Assembly (NCBI RefSeq): GCF_006345805.1
Contig: NC_043005.1
Span: 54,374,001 to 54,438,000 of the forward strand
DNA length: 64,000 nucleotides
Source: Octopus sinensis
Taxonomy: Eukaryota
Direction of reading: 5' to 3'
Both the position numbers and the translations under genes were made by a program. A model generated the notes under the pieces. It saw only the letters and a list, made by a program, of their open reading frames with translations, was not told the origin of the DNA and made no database searches. Positions 12,272 through 25,229 of the stretch are shown piece by piece. Numbering within the stretch: the first letter of the stretch is position 1; each line of letters opens with the position of its first letter.

Positions 12272-12733
12272 ATTTAGTTTATAAATTGATAGAACATTGC
12301 TAGTGTCTAGATACACGATTGCTTTCATTTGGAAATTTTTTCTTCTAATTAACCTTTTTGATGACAATCACACTCAAGACTCTGTTGACATGATACAAAC
12401 TTCCTGTTTTAAAGTGAACTAAATTAAAAACTATCAATTTTCATTGTTAATTTATGTTCCCAAACTGCAGCTTAATAATGACAGTTACTTTACAAAATTC
12501 TTTTTTATATATATATATTTAGCTTATTTTATAAATATTCCATGAAAATTAAGATTCAAATCTAATAAGCACATGTAAAACACGTATGTATATGACATAT
12601 GTAATACAAAGTGACATTAAAATATAAAACCAAAACCAAAGAAAACACAAACATGAATGAAGAAGAAACATAAAAGGAAAAAGTGGAAGAAGGAAATGAA
12701 GCATTAGTTCAACATTAATTGCATCAATTACAC

Positions 12734-13197
12734 TTTTACTTGTTTCAGTCATTTTGACTGTCGTCATGCTGGAGCATAGATTGGCATATTTCGGTCATAT
12801 TATGCAGAGAAAATCCCTGGAGAAGGACATCATGCTCAGAATGGTCAGTGGCAAGAGAGGATGAGGCCGACAAAGAACCCGCTGGCTTGACACCATCAAG
12901 AGTGATACCGGAATGGACATACCCAATCTGAAAGAAGCCGCCCAGGATAGAACTGACTGGAGGGCACTGATCCAACAAGTGACTGAGAGTCGACTTCGAC
13001 TGAGCGGATAGATAATGATGATGCTGGAGCATCACTTTTTAGTCAAAGAAATCGACACCTGGACTTATTTTTTGTAAGCCTTGTACATATTCTATCAGTC
13101 TCTTTTGCCAAAACTTAAAGTTATGGGGATGTAAACACACCAAGATCAGTTGTCAAGTGATGATAAAGAGATAGACACAGGCACAAACGCACAAATA
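12734..13197 (-). mobile_element. SINE family A 3' half, interrupted by an RTE fragment
   Basis: TTTTACTTGTTTCAGTCATT..ATGCTGGAGCAT, resuming at 13021 with ATGCTGGAGCATCAC..GACTTATT..GTAAACACACC. Confidence 0.75.
12778..13020 (+). mobile_element. 5'-truncated RTE (BovB-like) LINE, C-terminus and tail
   Basis: Translates LAYFGHIMQRKSLEKDIML..GRQRTRWLDTI..DRTDWRAL..SRLRLSG*, typical of the RTE-BovB C-terminus. Perfect 12-bp TSD ATGCTGGAGCAT at 12766-12777 and 13021-13032. Confidence 0.9.
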
Positions 13198-13280
13198 TAT
13201 ACATATATATATATATATATATACATATATGTATATATTTACACATAATCAAATAGGGTAATAAAATAAATTATTATTAC

Positions 13281-13373
13281 CAGTGGCCTAGCACAAAAGA
13301 CGAGTTAGTCATTAGACTATATATTTTTCGTATGGAAATATAATAAAAGGCTTCCAAATAAGGAAGCATAGTG
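13281..13373 (-). CDS. Candidate internal exon (93 nt, phase 2-2; TMLPYLEAFYYISIRKIYSLMTNSSFVLGH), unassigned
   Basis: Acceptor CCCCTTTTGTGTTTCTAG, donor GTAATA, single open frame. No homology recognised. Confidence 0.2.
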
Positions 13374-13460
13374 CTAGAAACACAAAAGGGGATAAATTCA
13401 TGAAAGGAATGAAAATTAAAAACATTTACCATCTCGACCGAATATGTGTATATCTACAGA

Positions 13461-13494
<34 letters not shown>

Positions 13495-13495
<1 letters not shown>

Positions 13496-13632
13496 GTACA
13501 ACAGGTTTCTTTCAGTTACCGTCTACCAAATCCACTCACAAGGCTTCAGTCAGCCACCCAAGGTGCCATGCAGTGGAACTGAACCTGGAACCAAGTGGTT
13601 GGGAAGCAAGCTTCTTATCACATAGCCACACC
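13495..13632 (-). mobile_element. SINE family A head half
   Basis: TTCTTTCAGTT.CCGTCTACCAAATCCACTCACAAGGC..CACATAGCCAC. Confidence 0.75.
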
Positions 13633-13830
13633 TAGTCACTTTCAAAATTAACTGAAACTAAGGCAGTATATTTTAACAAAAATAAAACAACAAAACAGTT
13701 AAATAATATCAAACGTAACTTATTCTGCTAAAAATATTATTCTACCAGAGCCATCACACTGTTTATCTTAACATTTCAAGAGAAGACAATACTCTTATTT
13801 GGAATATAGCTATATGGTAATGCAAGAATC

Positions 13831-14081
13831 GTGGAGGCACATGGCTTAGTGGTTAGGGTGTCAGCATCGTGATTGTAAGGTTGTGGTTTCGATTCCTGGA
13901 CCGGGCGACGCATTGTGTTCTCGAGCAAAACACTTCATTTCACGTTGCTCCAGTCCATTCAGCTGAAAAAAATTAATAATTCTGTTATGGACTGGCATCC
14001 CATTCAGCTGGGGAACACATACACCATTGAAAATAGGAAAACCGGGCCCACGAGCCTGGCTAGGCTTTAAATGGGCGCAGT
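13831..14081 (+). mobile_element. SINE family C, full length
   Basis: Head GTGGAGGCACATGGCTTAGTGGTTAG..GGTTTCGATTCC; reverse copy at 49063-49321. Confidence 0.8.
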
Positions 14082-14163
14082 GGAGGCGCAATGGCCCAGT
14101 GGTTATGGCAGCAGACTTATGATCGGAGGATTGCAGTTTCGATTCCCAGACCAGGCGTTGTAT
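14082..14163 (+). mobile_element. SINE family B head only, abutting the family C tail
   Basis: GTGGAGGCGCAATGGCCCAGTGGTTA..TTTCGATTCCCAGACC matches 11884-11965. Confidence 0.75.
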
Positions 14164-16147
14164 GTGTTTTTTTTTTGTATGGGTTTAGGTAAAGGGATGC
14201 TGATGATGACAACGATGATTATGATGATGATGATGATGACAATGACGATGATGAAGAGGAAGTGAGATCTCTATTAAAACATTTCCTTTCGCCAAACTAA
14301 ACGCTTCAGTTATCACTTCTCTGTTTACACGACTTTGCCCATTTTCAGGTGTTTATATCTAAACCCTCATGACAGAAAAGAATCACGATGTCCCAGATTT
14401 ATATGCGTACAAAGAGCTTGATATGTTGGTACAAAGTGATTTCCATTACGTTCAACAAACGTAATTCGAATCAACATCTCCTTTTAGATTCTATTAGTTT
14501 CAAGGTTTATAAGCGGTGCATGAACAAACAAGTTGTTAATACCATGCAATCCAATCTAACCCCAAAGATATCTTGCAACATGCCTTATTATCTATTACGG
14601 GAATATAGTTCCACCTGAGAATCTTTTAGCTGACCAACAATCTCGTTAGCTCAAGTAGATTAACGTTTATATATATATATTCCATTACATTTAATGCTAA
14701 ATTAGATATCCTTTGTTTTGTATGTCTATTGGATCATCTACATGATGATGATAATGATGATGATGCTGATGCTGATGATGATGATTTCTTTATCAAAATA
14801 ATAATGCTTCTTGTTCTATATTATCGCCAGTACAAAAGAATAAGCTTCATCATATTTAGTAGTGACAACAAAATAGTAAGACATTTCAGTCAACAAGGAT
14901 TCAAGGCATATAATAAATAGTATTAAATGGACTCTGAACTGTTTTTCCTGGATAGCTTCAGGCTGATGTCTATAACATTGGCTGCAGCTAACTGAAGATA
15001 ATGGTTAAACAGCGTAACAAAAGTATGTGGTGAAGATCTGCCATTATAATTGTCTAAATAGCGTCGACAGAGAATGTATCTTTTACACTTCTACTTCATC
15101 AACAATACCTTACACCAAATACGTATTTCTCGAGAGTTCGAATGCCCTCTCCATATTACAACCAATTTAAAACGGAAAAAGATTGCTTTTCAAAATGCAT
15201 TATAGTTAATCATCTTTTACTTATCAATGACTTGCAGAATACTTTTGATCTGAGCCTTGCCACACGTTGCTGGTTTCAGGCTATTTTATTTGACTCTTCT
15301 TGTCAATCTGTCCGTGATTCTGTCAAACCCAGAACCTATCAGCACCATACGCTTCCTTTGTTTACCTGTTATCAGTTCATACTCGATGGTCTACTTTACA
15401 ATGACAAAGAAATTTTATGGAGATAAAAGTTTGGAGGAGGGAACATAGTGTTTCTAAGAGATCATCTTGTTTAAGTTTTTCATCTTGACCTCCTCTTACA
15501 GAATATGGTAAACTTACCACATACACACACACACACACATTCATGCAAACATGTTACATACATACATATATATATATGTGTATATAAGTGTTTGTGTGTG
15601 AGTGTGAGCATATGTATATGTATATGTATATTTATATGCATACATATCTGTATCTATCTATCAAAATATGTGTGTGGGTGGTACATATATAAAGATACAC
15701 ACACACACGCACATGTATACAGAGAATCTCACATACACACATACACACACATGGTACAGAGCAAAAAATGCACAAAATAAGATGGGATATTTTCATCATC
15801 AAAATTATTAGTGTATATATATATATACATATGCCTGTGTATATGAGTATGTTTACATAGGTATATGTATATATGTGTGCATTTGTGTGTGTGTGTATTC
15901 GTGTGTGTGCGTGTGTGTGTTTATCTATATACCCATCTATCTTTATATATATGCATGTATATATTTTTTTACATACACATATTAGAAGAGGCTGAAACAC
16001 CTACAGAGATGCATCATTGCCTGATAAGGAATCATTTTGTATATTTGGAGATGGAGGACAGCAGTACCCTCAACATGCAAATGTTTTACCCTCATTGTAA
16101 TATATCATGCATACGTACATACATATATATATACATACATACATATG

Positions 16148-16209
<62 letters not shown>

Positions 16210-16259
16210 GTGTGTGTGTTGTGTGTGTGTGTGTGTGTGTGTGTGTGTCTGTGTGTGTG

Positions 16260-16540
16260 TGGAGGCACATGGCCTAGTGGTTAGAGCAGTGGACTCGAGG
16301 TTGAGGGATCGTGGGTTCGAATCTCAGACTGAGCAATGTGTGCGTTTATGATTGAAATACCTAAGCTCCAACAGAAGGTAATGGCAAAACTTCTGCTGAC
16401 TCTTTCTCCACAACTTTCTTTCACTCTTTCCTCCTGCATCTTGCAGCTCACCTGCAACGGATCGGCATCCCATCCAGGTGGAGAACCTATATGCCAAGGA
16501 AACCAGGAAACAGGCCCTATGAGCCAGGCATGGCTAGAGA
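16260..16540 (+). mobile_element. SINE related to family B, diverged
   Basis: TGGAGGCACATGGCCTAGTGGTTAG..GGGTTCGAATCTC..ACCTAAGCTCC..CACAACTTTCTTTCACTCTTT. Confidence 0.7.
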
Positions 16541-16553
16541 AGGAAAAAACAAC

Positions 16554-16564
<11 letters not shown>

Positions 16565-16632
<68 letters not shown>

Positions 16633-16645
16633 TGAGAGAGGGCTT

Positions 16646-16735
<90 letters not shown>
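16565..16735. repeat. (TA)n(GA)n(GATA)n compound microsatellite
   Basis: Direct reading. Confidence 0.95.
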
Positions 16736-17944
16736 TGCCCTTAACAATGAACATTGCAACATTACTGTTTTTTTTTCCCTCTGTACTTGGACATTAAAAA
16801 TCTAATATTCTAAACTTTACCCTTATATCCAAATTAATTCCATGTAAATATATTGTCTCAGAGCCAAGTCAAGAAAATTACTGTTTTAACACCATCATTG
16901 AGTCAGTTGGGTTTTTTTCATTTTTACATCAAAAAATTATTTACAGAAGAGGATCTGTCCAGCATAATTATTCTGAAGGGAAAATTTTGTGCATGCAATT
17001 CAGAGAGTTAAAAAGGTGATATAGATCTGTTCATATAACTGATAAAATCATAGAAGCACACTAGATATGGTTTCTTTGGTGGTTGGGGTTCCCCCACCAC
17101 CACCATTTTCCTCCAGTATTAAAACAATATTTTAATTCTCCGAAAACATAAAGAAGTGGTTGTCAAAAGTTTAGTTATACACAAAAATAAGATAAATCTC
17201 TTTAAGTCACATCAAGATTTCTGACTGCGTTATTAAGTTAAGGCTTAAAGTTATCCACAAATTTTTGTTTGCATGTTGTTCCAGAGACAATTTTCGCTGT
17301 AGAAACAATGCTTTTTTATTGAATATTTATCCAATGTTTCATTTATAACAGTTAGAAGTTGTGAACTTTCACAAATATAAATAATGATAGATTTTTAAAA
17401 AAAAACTTCATGCAGATATGAAGTTGGACATTCGTTTTTTAATATTTTATTAAATCCTATTAAAAGTTTTCTAAACAATATTTATTTATCATTACTTTCA
17501 CTAATTTCTCATTATCAAATATAAATAGTTAAATCAAATACAAGAATTATATATATATGTATATATTTTTTTTTTGTTGTTTAACTGAAGATCTTTTTTT
17601 AAATATCTCTGGTTTCAGTTTATGAAAACACAGCATCATCATATTAATAGCCCTAGCAGATTTATAAACAATTCTAGTAAATATCAAGTGATTTACTTTT
17701 TTATTAGCTTCTTTTTCTTTCTTTTTTTTTATTTTTGTTTTACTGTCATAATATGTGTTGGCAGCATGTCTATGGTAGCAAATTTTAAAATGTTCTCTTT
17801 ATTAACATTTTCCAAAATAATCAAATAAAATGTTAATAATTCACTGTTGAAAACATAGAAAATTGGCAGTAATTTTTCTAGCTTTGGAATTATATTTCAT
17901 CGTTTTGTAATCACACTTATTATATAGCTACTTACTAGTATCAT

Positions 17945-18018
17945 ATATACATATTATATATATATATATATATGCATACATACATTTATATATAAATATG
18001 CATACATATATACTTATA

Positions 18019-18049
<31 letters not shown>

Positions 18050-18141
18050 GAATAGATATGTATATACATATGTATGTATTGTATGTATATATATATATCT
18101 ATGTGTGTGTGTGTGCATGCATGCCTGTGTATGTGCATGCA

Positions 18142-18196
<55 letters not shown>

Positions 18197-18489
18197 TCAT
18201 GTAAACTTATTGAATTTGTGTCTAGACATAGGGAAATGGTTAGCTATTTCTTTATTCACTTCTTGCTAGTATGTCATTTCTTATTTACTCGCACATTCAC
18301 ATTTCATTATTTTTCTCTTACTTCTAGTATTACCATTCTTCTGAATACATATTTTTCCATTCTACCAGAACCAAAAGTCATTTTCTAAAATTCCTCCCAA
18401 AAAGAAAAGAACGAATTAAATTATCTCTTACAAGATTCTGAAGATTCTACAACACATATATACATATACACACAAAGCAACTTTTATAC

Positions 18490-18538
<49 letters not shown>

Positions 18539-18621
18539 GATACACACATATATATACATGTATACATATATATATTCATATATATGTACATATATGCATG
18601 TATGTATGTACATATACATAC

Positions 18622-18672
<51 letters not shown>

Positions 18673-18706
18673 CATACATACATACATGTACATATAAATA
18701 TATATG

Positions 18707-18752
<46 letters not shown>

Positions 18753-19179
18753 TATGTATGTATGTATATATACAAACCATCAGTTTCCTTTTGAATAGAA
18801 TGGTTGTAACCCCTAGCTCTGATTTTCCTAGCATAATTTCATATAATCTAAATGAATTTTGCCATAAAATTTTAGTTAGTTGGTAGACTTTCAGCTATTT
18901 CATTTTATTGCTTCTATTCAGTATTAAAGATTTGTATATACTTTCGGTTTTCTTACCTTCTTCTTTATGTTTTATTTTCCTTCTTTTGTTCTACTCATTC
19001 AAACCACTGATTGGGCCATCATTTATTTTAGACAGCATTATTTCTAATATTCATGATTTCAATTCCTTCCAATGCGAAGATTGATGAATAACAGAGCAAC
19101 AACTTAAGGCAAGGAGATGTTAGTGAGCAACATGTATATTATATGTATTCTTGTATAAACTTATGTACATACATTTATA

Positions 19180-19230
<51 letters not shown>

Positions 19231-19274
19231 GTATATATATATCTATATATATATATATATATATATATCTATAT

Positions 19275-19336
<62 letters not shown>

Positions 19337-19390
19337 TATGTAATATATATATTATATATATATTAATTATATATATACATATATATATAG
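17945..19390. repeat. TA/TG/TATG microsatellite blocks with short unique spacers
   Basis: Direct reading. Confidence 0.85.
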
Positions 19391-19699
19391 AAATTAGGAG
19401 CAGCTCAAGGTATATAAATAAAATCAAACACACATAAACAAGGTATATGTGTTGTTAGTTCGTGGGTTGGCAGTGGTTTTTAGACATATGCACCTGGTGT
19501 AAATAACACCTGAAAGTAAGTCATCGTCAAGTGAGGTAATTCACATAGCTCCCTTCTTGGAGCAACAGTCATCAATGTTTCATCATTGTTGTGACTTATC
19601 AATGTCATGTACCAATCAAGGCCTGCCCCGAGCCATATCATCGACTATGATTGTATGCTAAATGGCTTGAACACTACTTGCTGGCTTGTTCCAATGTTT

Positions 19700-20650
19700 C
19701 ATGCCATGGAAAAACGTCAAATATGAATGCTTAGACAATTTCATGCTGAGATGGAAGTGAGAGTTAATGTTGGGTGTACCCTATCAGAGCCAATTTTTGC
19801 AGAAAATGGTGTAGAACAGGGTAATATTCCTGCTTCTACCTTGTTTGCTCTGTATTTTACAATAGTCTTTTGAAATTTCCATCAAAGATTGTGCTGAGGG
19901 GGTCTCTATAAGATATAGGACAGCAGGAAAACTTTTCAACCTCAAAAGGCTTTGTGTCATAACAAAAGTTCTTCTTTCTCACATCACTGAATTCTTGTAT
20001 GCAGCAGATGATTGTGACCTGTTAGCACATTACCAAGAAGATACAACATTGGGCCTTACAATTAACTTGAATAAAACTATTTTGATGTACCAGCATGCTC
20101 CCTCTAAGCTTTATATGAAAACTACTGTAACTGAATATGGACAAAGGTTAGCATTTGTAACCAAATATATATATTTAGGAAGTACTCTGAGCACTACTAG
20201 TCTTGGTAATGAAATTTCATAAAGAATCAGCAAAGCTACAGATGCCTTTGGTAGTCTTGACAAGCATCTCTGGTTATGCCATGGTATATCTAACCAAACT
20301 AAAGTTAGGGTTTATAGCACATGAGTTCTACCATCATTGTTCTATGGAAGTTAGACATGGTTTATTTATTGTAAGCATTTGAAGCATTTAGAACGATTCC
20401 ATCAACATTATCTTCAGAAAAGTTTTGGGATAAACTGGAGAATGGCAATCAGTGATGTAGAGTTGCTCGAGAGAATTTGTAGTAGGAGTGTATAATCGAT
20501 CATTCCACAAAGTCGTATGAGGTGGGGTGGGTATCTGGTGATAAAAAGCTTCGTAAGCAACTTTAGTATGGTGAACTAGAAGATCGTGAAAAACCAACAC
20601 TTAAACCCAAAATGAGGTTCAAAGACTGCCTTAAAACTGCTTAGACACAA
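19700..20650 (+). mobile_element. RTE-clade LINE reverse transcriptase remnant, pseudogenised
   Basis: LRQFHAEM..NGVEQGNIPASTLFALYF..GKLFNLKRL..EFLYA(A)DDC (YADD), YIYLGSTLS, ..RFKDCLK; several stops and frameshifts. Confidence 0.85.
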
Positions 20651-21108
20651 AAGACTTCATACTGTGGTACTGGTTTCTTCTGCCAGCCAGCACAGCTGCA
20701 TTGTGCAACAGAATGTGCAAATCTTTAGCGGGACTCAGGAGTCATTTAAGGGACTTCACATTGCATTATCAATGACTCATTTCAATAATTCTTTCTAGCA
20801 ATGCTTTTGCTTGTATACAAGAAAGCAACCACTATGTGTGTGTGTATGTATAGGTACATGCACATACGCACACACACACACACACACACACACACCACAC
20901 ACACACTCCGTATTTCGAGCATTTCACAACAAAATACATTTTCGACATAAAAGTTGGTCCCGCAAAGCAAATTAAATAAAATTTGGGATTTTGCGGAGGG
21001 TTATATATATATGTGGTAATGTTAATTTTTATGTTCACTTATAATAAATTGAATTACATTTATTTGATGGGTTACTCTATACTTTTGTAGAGTACAAATC
21101 TATTATTC

Positions 21109-21201
21109 TTAAACAAGAATACTGTTGACAGTGGGTCTAAAGTTTCAATCAGCTTAGCTGCCTGAAGCTTCAAAGTCACTGTCAACAACATTCTTGTTTA
21201 A
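21109..21201. other. 93-nt hairpin (small MITE or pre-miRNA-like)
   Basis: Outer 25-bp arms TTAAACAAGAATACTGTTGACAGTG / CACTGTCAACAACATTCTTGTTTAA (23/25), continuing as an imperfect 14-bp inner stem with a 15-nt loop; TTAA at both ends. Confidence 0.7.
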
Positions 21202-21231
21202 TCAGTTGATTAATTAATTTACTTATTTTAT

Positions 21232-22295
21232 ATAGCAATTGGTGAACAGTAGTGGCACCATTAGTCTCCAATAGACCAACCATTTGTCTGCGATAGTGTG
21301 AGTGACAGGGGAGTGTATTGAACTCAGTGCAGAAGAAACACTACAAGTCATTATTTTTATTTTCTTGACAATATCCAAATCCTTCACTGATAAGTAATAA
21401 ACATATATGTGTGTGTGTGTGTGTAAGTGTGTGTGTGTGTGTGTGTGTATTTCTTCTGAATCAAAGTGTTTAGAAACAATTTTAAAAAATCCTCTGATAT
21501 TTTCACTAAACTAAAACTAGCATCCAGAGTCAATAGTAAACTATAAACTATGTAATACTGATTCTATTATATGAAAAGTCATAAATACACACAGCACAAA
21601 CCACTTGATGGTGCTATAAAGGAGTTTTATTGTCTCATCAATCAGTGTTATAATAACGAGCTCGAATAATTACTTGGATGAAACATTATTGTATTATTAA
21701 CTCCTATGAAATGAGTGTTGGTGATAAAACCGATTTACATTCCTTTTGAGGTCAGGCTGCCAAGAGAATTTGAACTTATTACCTCCAGGCACTGAAATGT
21801 AGCAAATAAGAAAAAAGAAAAAAAAAATCAATGAATTTATTACATGCTATGTCTGGTAATCCACAGAGAGAAGGGAGGGGGAGAAACTTGAGTAATTACA
21901 TATTTCATATAATATCCAATTTAATTTCAATTTATATGTGTATGTGTGTATGTGTGTATAATTCCAAGCTCTCACTCCTCTATGATATGATATTTGTTAA
22001 TGACAGTCATATAACAATAGACATTGCATATAAATAGATTACTACTTTAACATTAATTACTGTTATTGTTCATAACAGCTAATATTACCATCTATAGCTT
22101 CTATATTTATTTATCTATTTATTTCATTTAGCAATTGGTGAACAATAGTGGCACCATTAGTTCCCAATGGACCAATCATTGCTTTGTGATAGAGTGAGTG
22201 GCGAGGGAGTGTTTTGTACTCAGTGCAGAAGAAACATCGCAAGTAATTCTTTTCATTTTCTTGTCAATATCCAAATCACTCACTGATAAACTATA
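21232..22295 (+). repeat. Pair of about 165-bp direct repeats (21232-21392 and 22128-22288), roughly 80-85% identical
   Basis: Both run from TAGCAATTGGTGAACA.TAGTGGCACCATTAG to CAATATCCAAATC..CACTGATAA; flanks differ. Confidence 0.85.
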
Positions 22296-22554
22296 ATCTT
22301 TCGGTGAAGTTGCACACATATAAACATTCATGCATACATGCATACAGATACATACACATGCATGCACACATGCACACACCACACACACACATGCACACAT
22401 AACTCAAAGTATACAGTATTATAGATTCATTTCAGCAAATCTTACCAATAGGTTTTGCACTGGGTATCAAATAACTGAATATTAGATAACAGTATAGTTA
22501 AATAATGCCATGTGCTCTTCAGAGACGACTGGCATGGAGAAAATATATGGCATA

Positions 22555-22650
<96 letters not shown>

Positions 22651-22914
22651 TGTATGTATGTATGTATGTATGTATGTGTAAATATATATGTAATTTAAAA
22701 ATAGGATAAATTCTTTATAAGAATTTATCAAGTAGTTAGCGTGAAAAACCTCATAAGAGAAAAAATCTACCAATTTTTTCACTTAAATATATTTATTTAT
22801 ATTATATAGAGAGCATTACTATACATAAAAGCCACACGCTAGGAGGGACTCTTAAAGTCAAAACTACCAAAATAAATAAACACATCGTACTGAATGCAAC
22901 TGTTGAAGCAAGCC

Positions 22915-24690
22915 ATTTAAAAACAGAATTTAGCAGCCGATCACCGTGATTTCATCAGTAGTGCAGTAATGCACTTATTAATCATTATTGCAAGCATAAT
23001 TCAAGATTTATAACGAATGAACAAAATCATCATACCAGACGAACAACCAGTGTATCCAAATTGTTGTAGATATAATATTCATTGTGGACGTACAGTTGTC
23101 ATTTTTACTCAAATAGTTAAAGGTACATTCTTTATTACGAATTTGGTTCAATTTCTTCTTGGCAATAGCTACTACATTATTGGTGAGGTTTAGTGAGGTG
23201 GAATATGCAAATTTCATTGTATGCCTATTAAATATTTTACTGTATCTACTAGAAAGAAAATACTTATCCAATGTATTAATAAAAATTCCAAAAATATATA
23301 TGCAAAGTTACATGTAATCATCCTTAAAAGGGTTTAAACCATGTAATATTCCTCTTATGTTCCCTGTTTTTGCTTGTTCTATGGCTACTGAGTGCTTCTA
23401 GGTTAAGTTTAAAGGTGGTTGTTCTCCTTCAGTTACAGAAGGTGCTACAATTCATCCAAGGGCAATTCATCATCTGCATATTTAATTTCAGTTAATGTAT
23501 TATAAATGCTCATCGGGTTTATGGTATGGACAATAAAGGCCCATATCAAGATTCAATGTTGCACAAAAAAATTAGCAGGTTTATAGCTTCTTCCTAATGT
23601 TATAGAATGCTGGAATTTTTTGAATAAATTTAAAGTTTTATTTCTATAAATATATCTCTGAAGTTCACCTTTACTTCAGTTACAGAAGATAGAATTACTA
23701 TCGTCCCTAAAAAGATCATCCTCTATTTCCAAGAATTCCAATTTAATAGAAAATTATATATAAATATCCATGAGGTCAGTAACATGTACAAAGTCACTCA
23801 AACACACAAGTGTGTTGAAATTATTAGGTATGTCTTTTACAGACCAGTATCTATCTTCAAGTTCAGTAATCATTTTCCTGGCTGCTAATACAAAGCCTAA
23901 AACCTGAGTAGAGAATTTTGAGTTTATCATTGTGAAAATTCAAGATCTGTTGAGAGAAAAATATGGATTATAGAGGATAGATGCACAATGGCTAGAAGTA
24001 TTCTATTTCTATAGATTTAATGCAATTTTATTCCATAAACCTTTGAACTAATTTATGGCTTCAACAGCGTTAGTTCATAAAATCAAGTTCAAGTCTTGTT
24101 CTCAATACTTGTTTAATCCTGTCTGTTATTTTTTTATATGTCTTTCCTATATCTGGCTTAGAGGGGCAAATAAGGGGCAGATGGATTACTCTCAAAATTA
24201 GATTTGTGGCCCTTCAGGTATATATGTGGTGACTTAGGCAAATAAGTCTCTGTCCAAACCTCAAAGTTGAAGTGTATAGCAATCTTATGCCTCTCCAAAT
24301 TGGTGTCTTTAAAATTTGTAGTCGAAGTTAATTTATGCACCTTATGAAGTTCCTTTCCAATGAAAGTTTTATAAAAGACAATGTCAAGGGTATACACATG
24401 TCAAGAATATACAGATTTTATTCACATGAACTAGGATCCTGCGAGAGTGAGTTCCTTAATTAAGTTATTCAGTTTTGTTAATGTCTGTTCATTCTGTAAT
24501 CTGTAACATTTGAATTTGATATATCCAATCATATTTATTAGTTCGTCTTTGAGCCATAAAAGATGAGAGTTCTGTGATGGGTTTTCATGGAATTTAAATT
24601 CCCATTTCAAGTTGAGACTAATGTCATCTTGCATTGTCCCAGGAGTAGCATAGTCAAAGTGATATGCTTTCCAACATATCCTACATGTAA
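22915..24690 (-). mobile_element. Penelope-like retroelement remnant 2 (N-terminal region, RT, linker, partly deleted endonuclease), pseudogenised
   Basis: YLKGHKSNFESNP, KPDIGKTYKKITDRIKQ, LFRDD, ATLNLDMGLYCPYHKP, KRNITWFKP, KIFNRHTMKFAYS. These match PLE consensus-type motifs LKDHKENF, GLYRDD, KRNIIWFNP and KIFNRNTVKVSYS in the right order. Confidence 0.85.
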
Positions 24691-25104
24691 ATGAATTATA
24701 TATATATATATATATACAGAACACACACACACACAGAATATATATATACATATATATACCCACACACATATATACTGTTATATTTACACAAACATACATG
24801 CATATATATTTATATATTTATGTGTGTGTATGTGTGTGTGGATGGATATGAATGAGTGGATAGGTAGGCAGATGGGTGGGTGCATAGAAGAATATATAGA
24901 TGGGTGGGTGAGTGGATCAGATGAGCAGTCAAATGGATAGATAAATGGATACCATGTGGCTAATTGTTTGAAAACGAAACTTAATTAACAGTCATAGCAT
25001 CAACCAAATTAATATAATTATACTCCACACAGTATATTGAGTATTTATTCATTGTTCATAATATAATATACATACATTTTAGATAAATATATATACACAT
25101 GTAC

Positions 25105-25151
<47 letters not shown>

Positions 25152-25229
25152 CATAATACATATGTACACACTTGTATAAAAACACATATTTGTGAATACA
25201 TATACATGTGTCTGTAAAAATATATCACT

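Noticed and set aside
19485-19516. AG...GTAAGT-bounded 32-nt exon
   Set aside because: Stops in all three frames.
21155-21175. AGCTGCCTGA resembling the miR-22/miR-745 5' end
   Set aside because: It lies in and across the hairpin loop, and the rest does not match; a chance 10-mer.
21783-21791. 9-nt minus-strand micro-exon TGCCTGGAG with a strong acceptor
   Set aside because: The donor side lies in a SINE D-like fragment and there is no independent support.
22925-22975. Minus-strand CTGATGA plus hairpin at the end of PLE remnant 2, as a hammerhead
   Set aside because: No GAAA follows the stem, and the segment aligns plausibly with the coding end of the PLE ORF.
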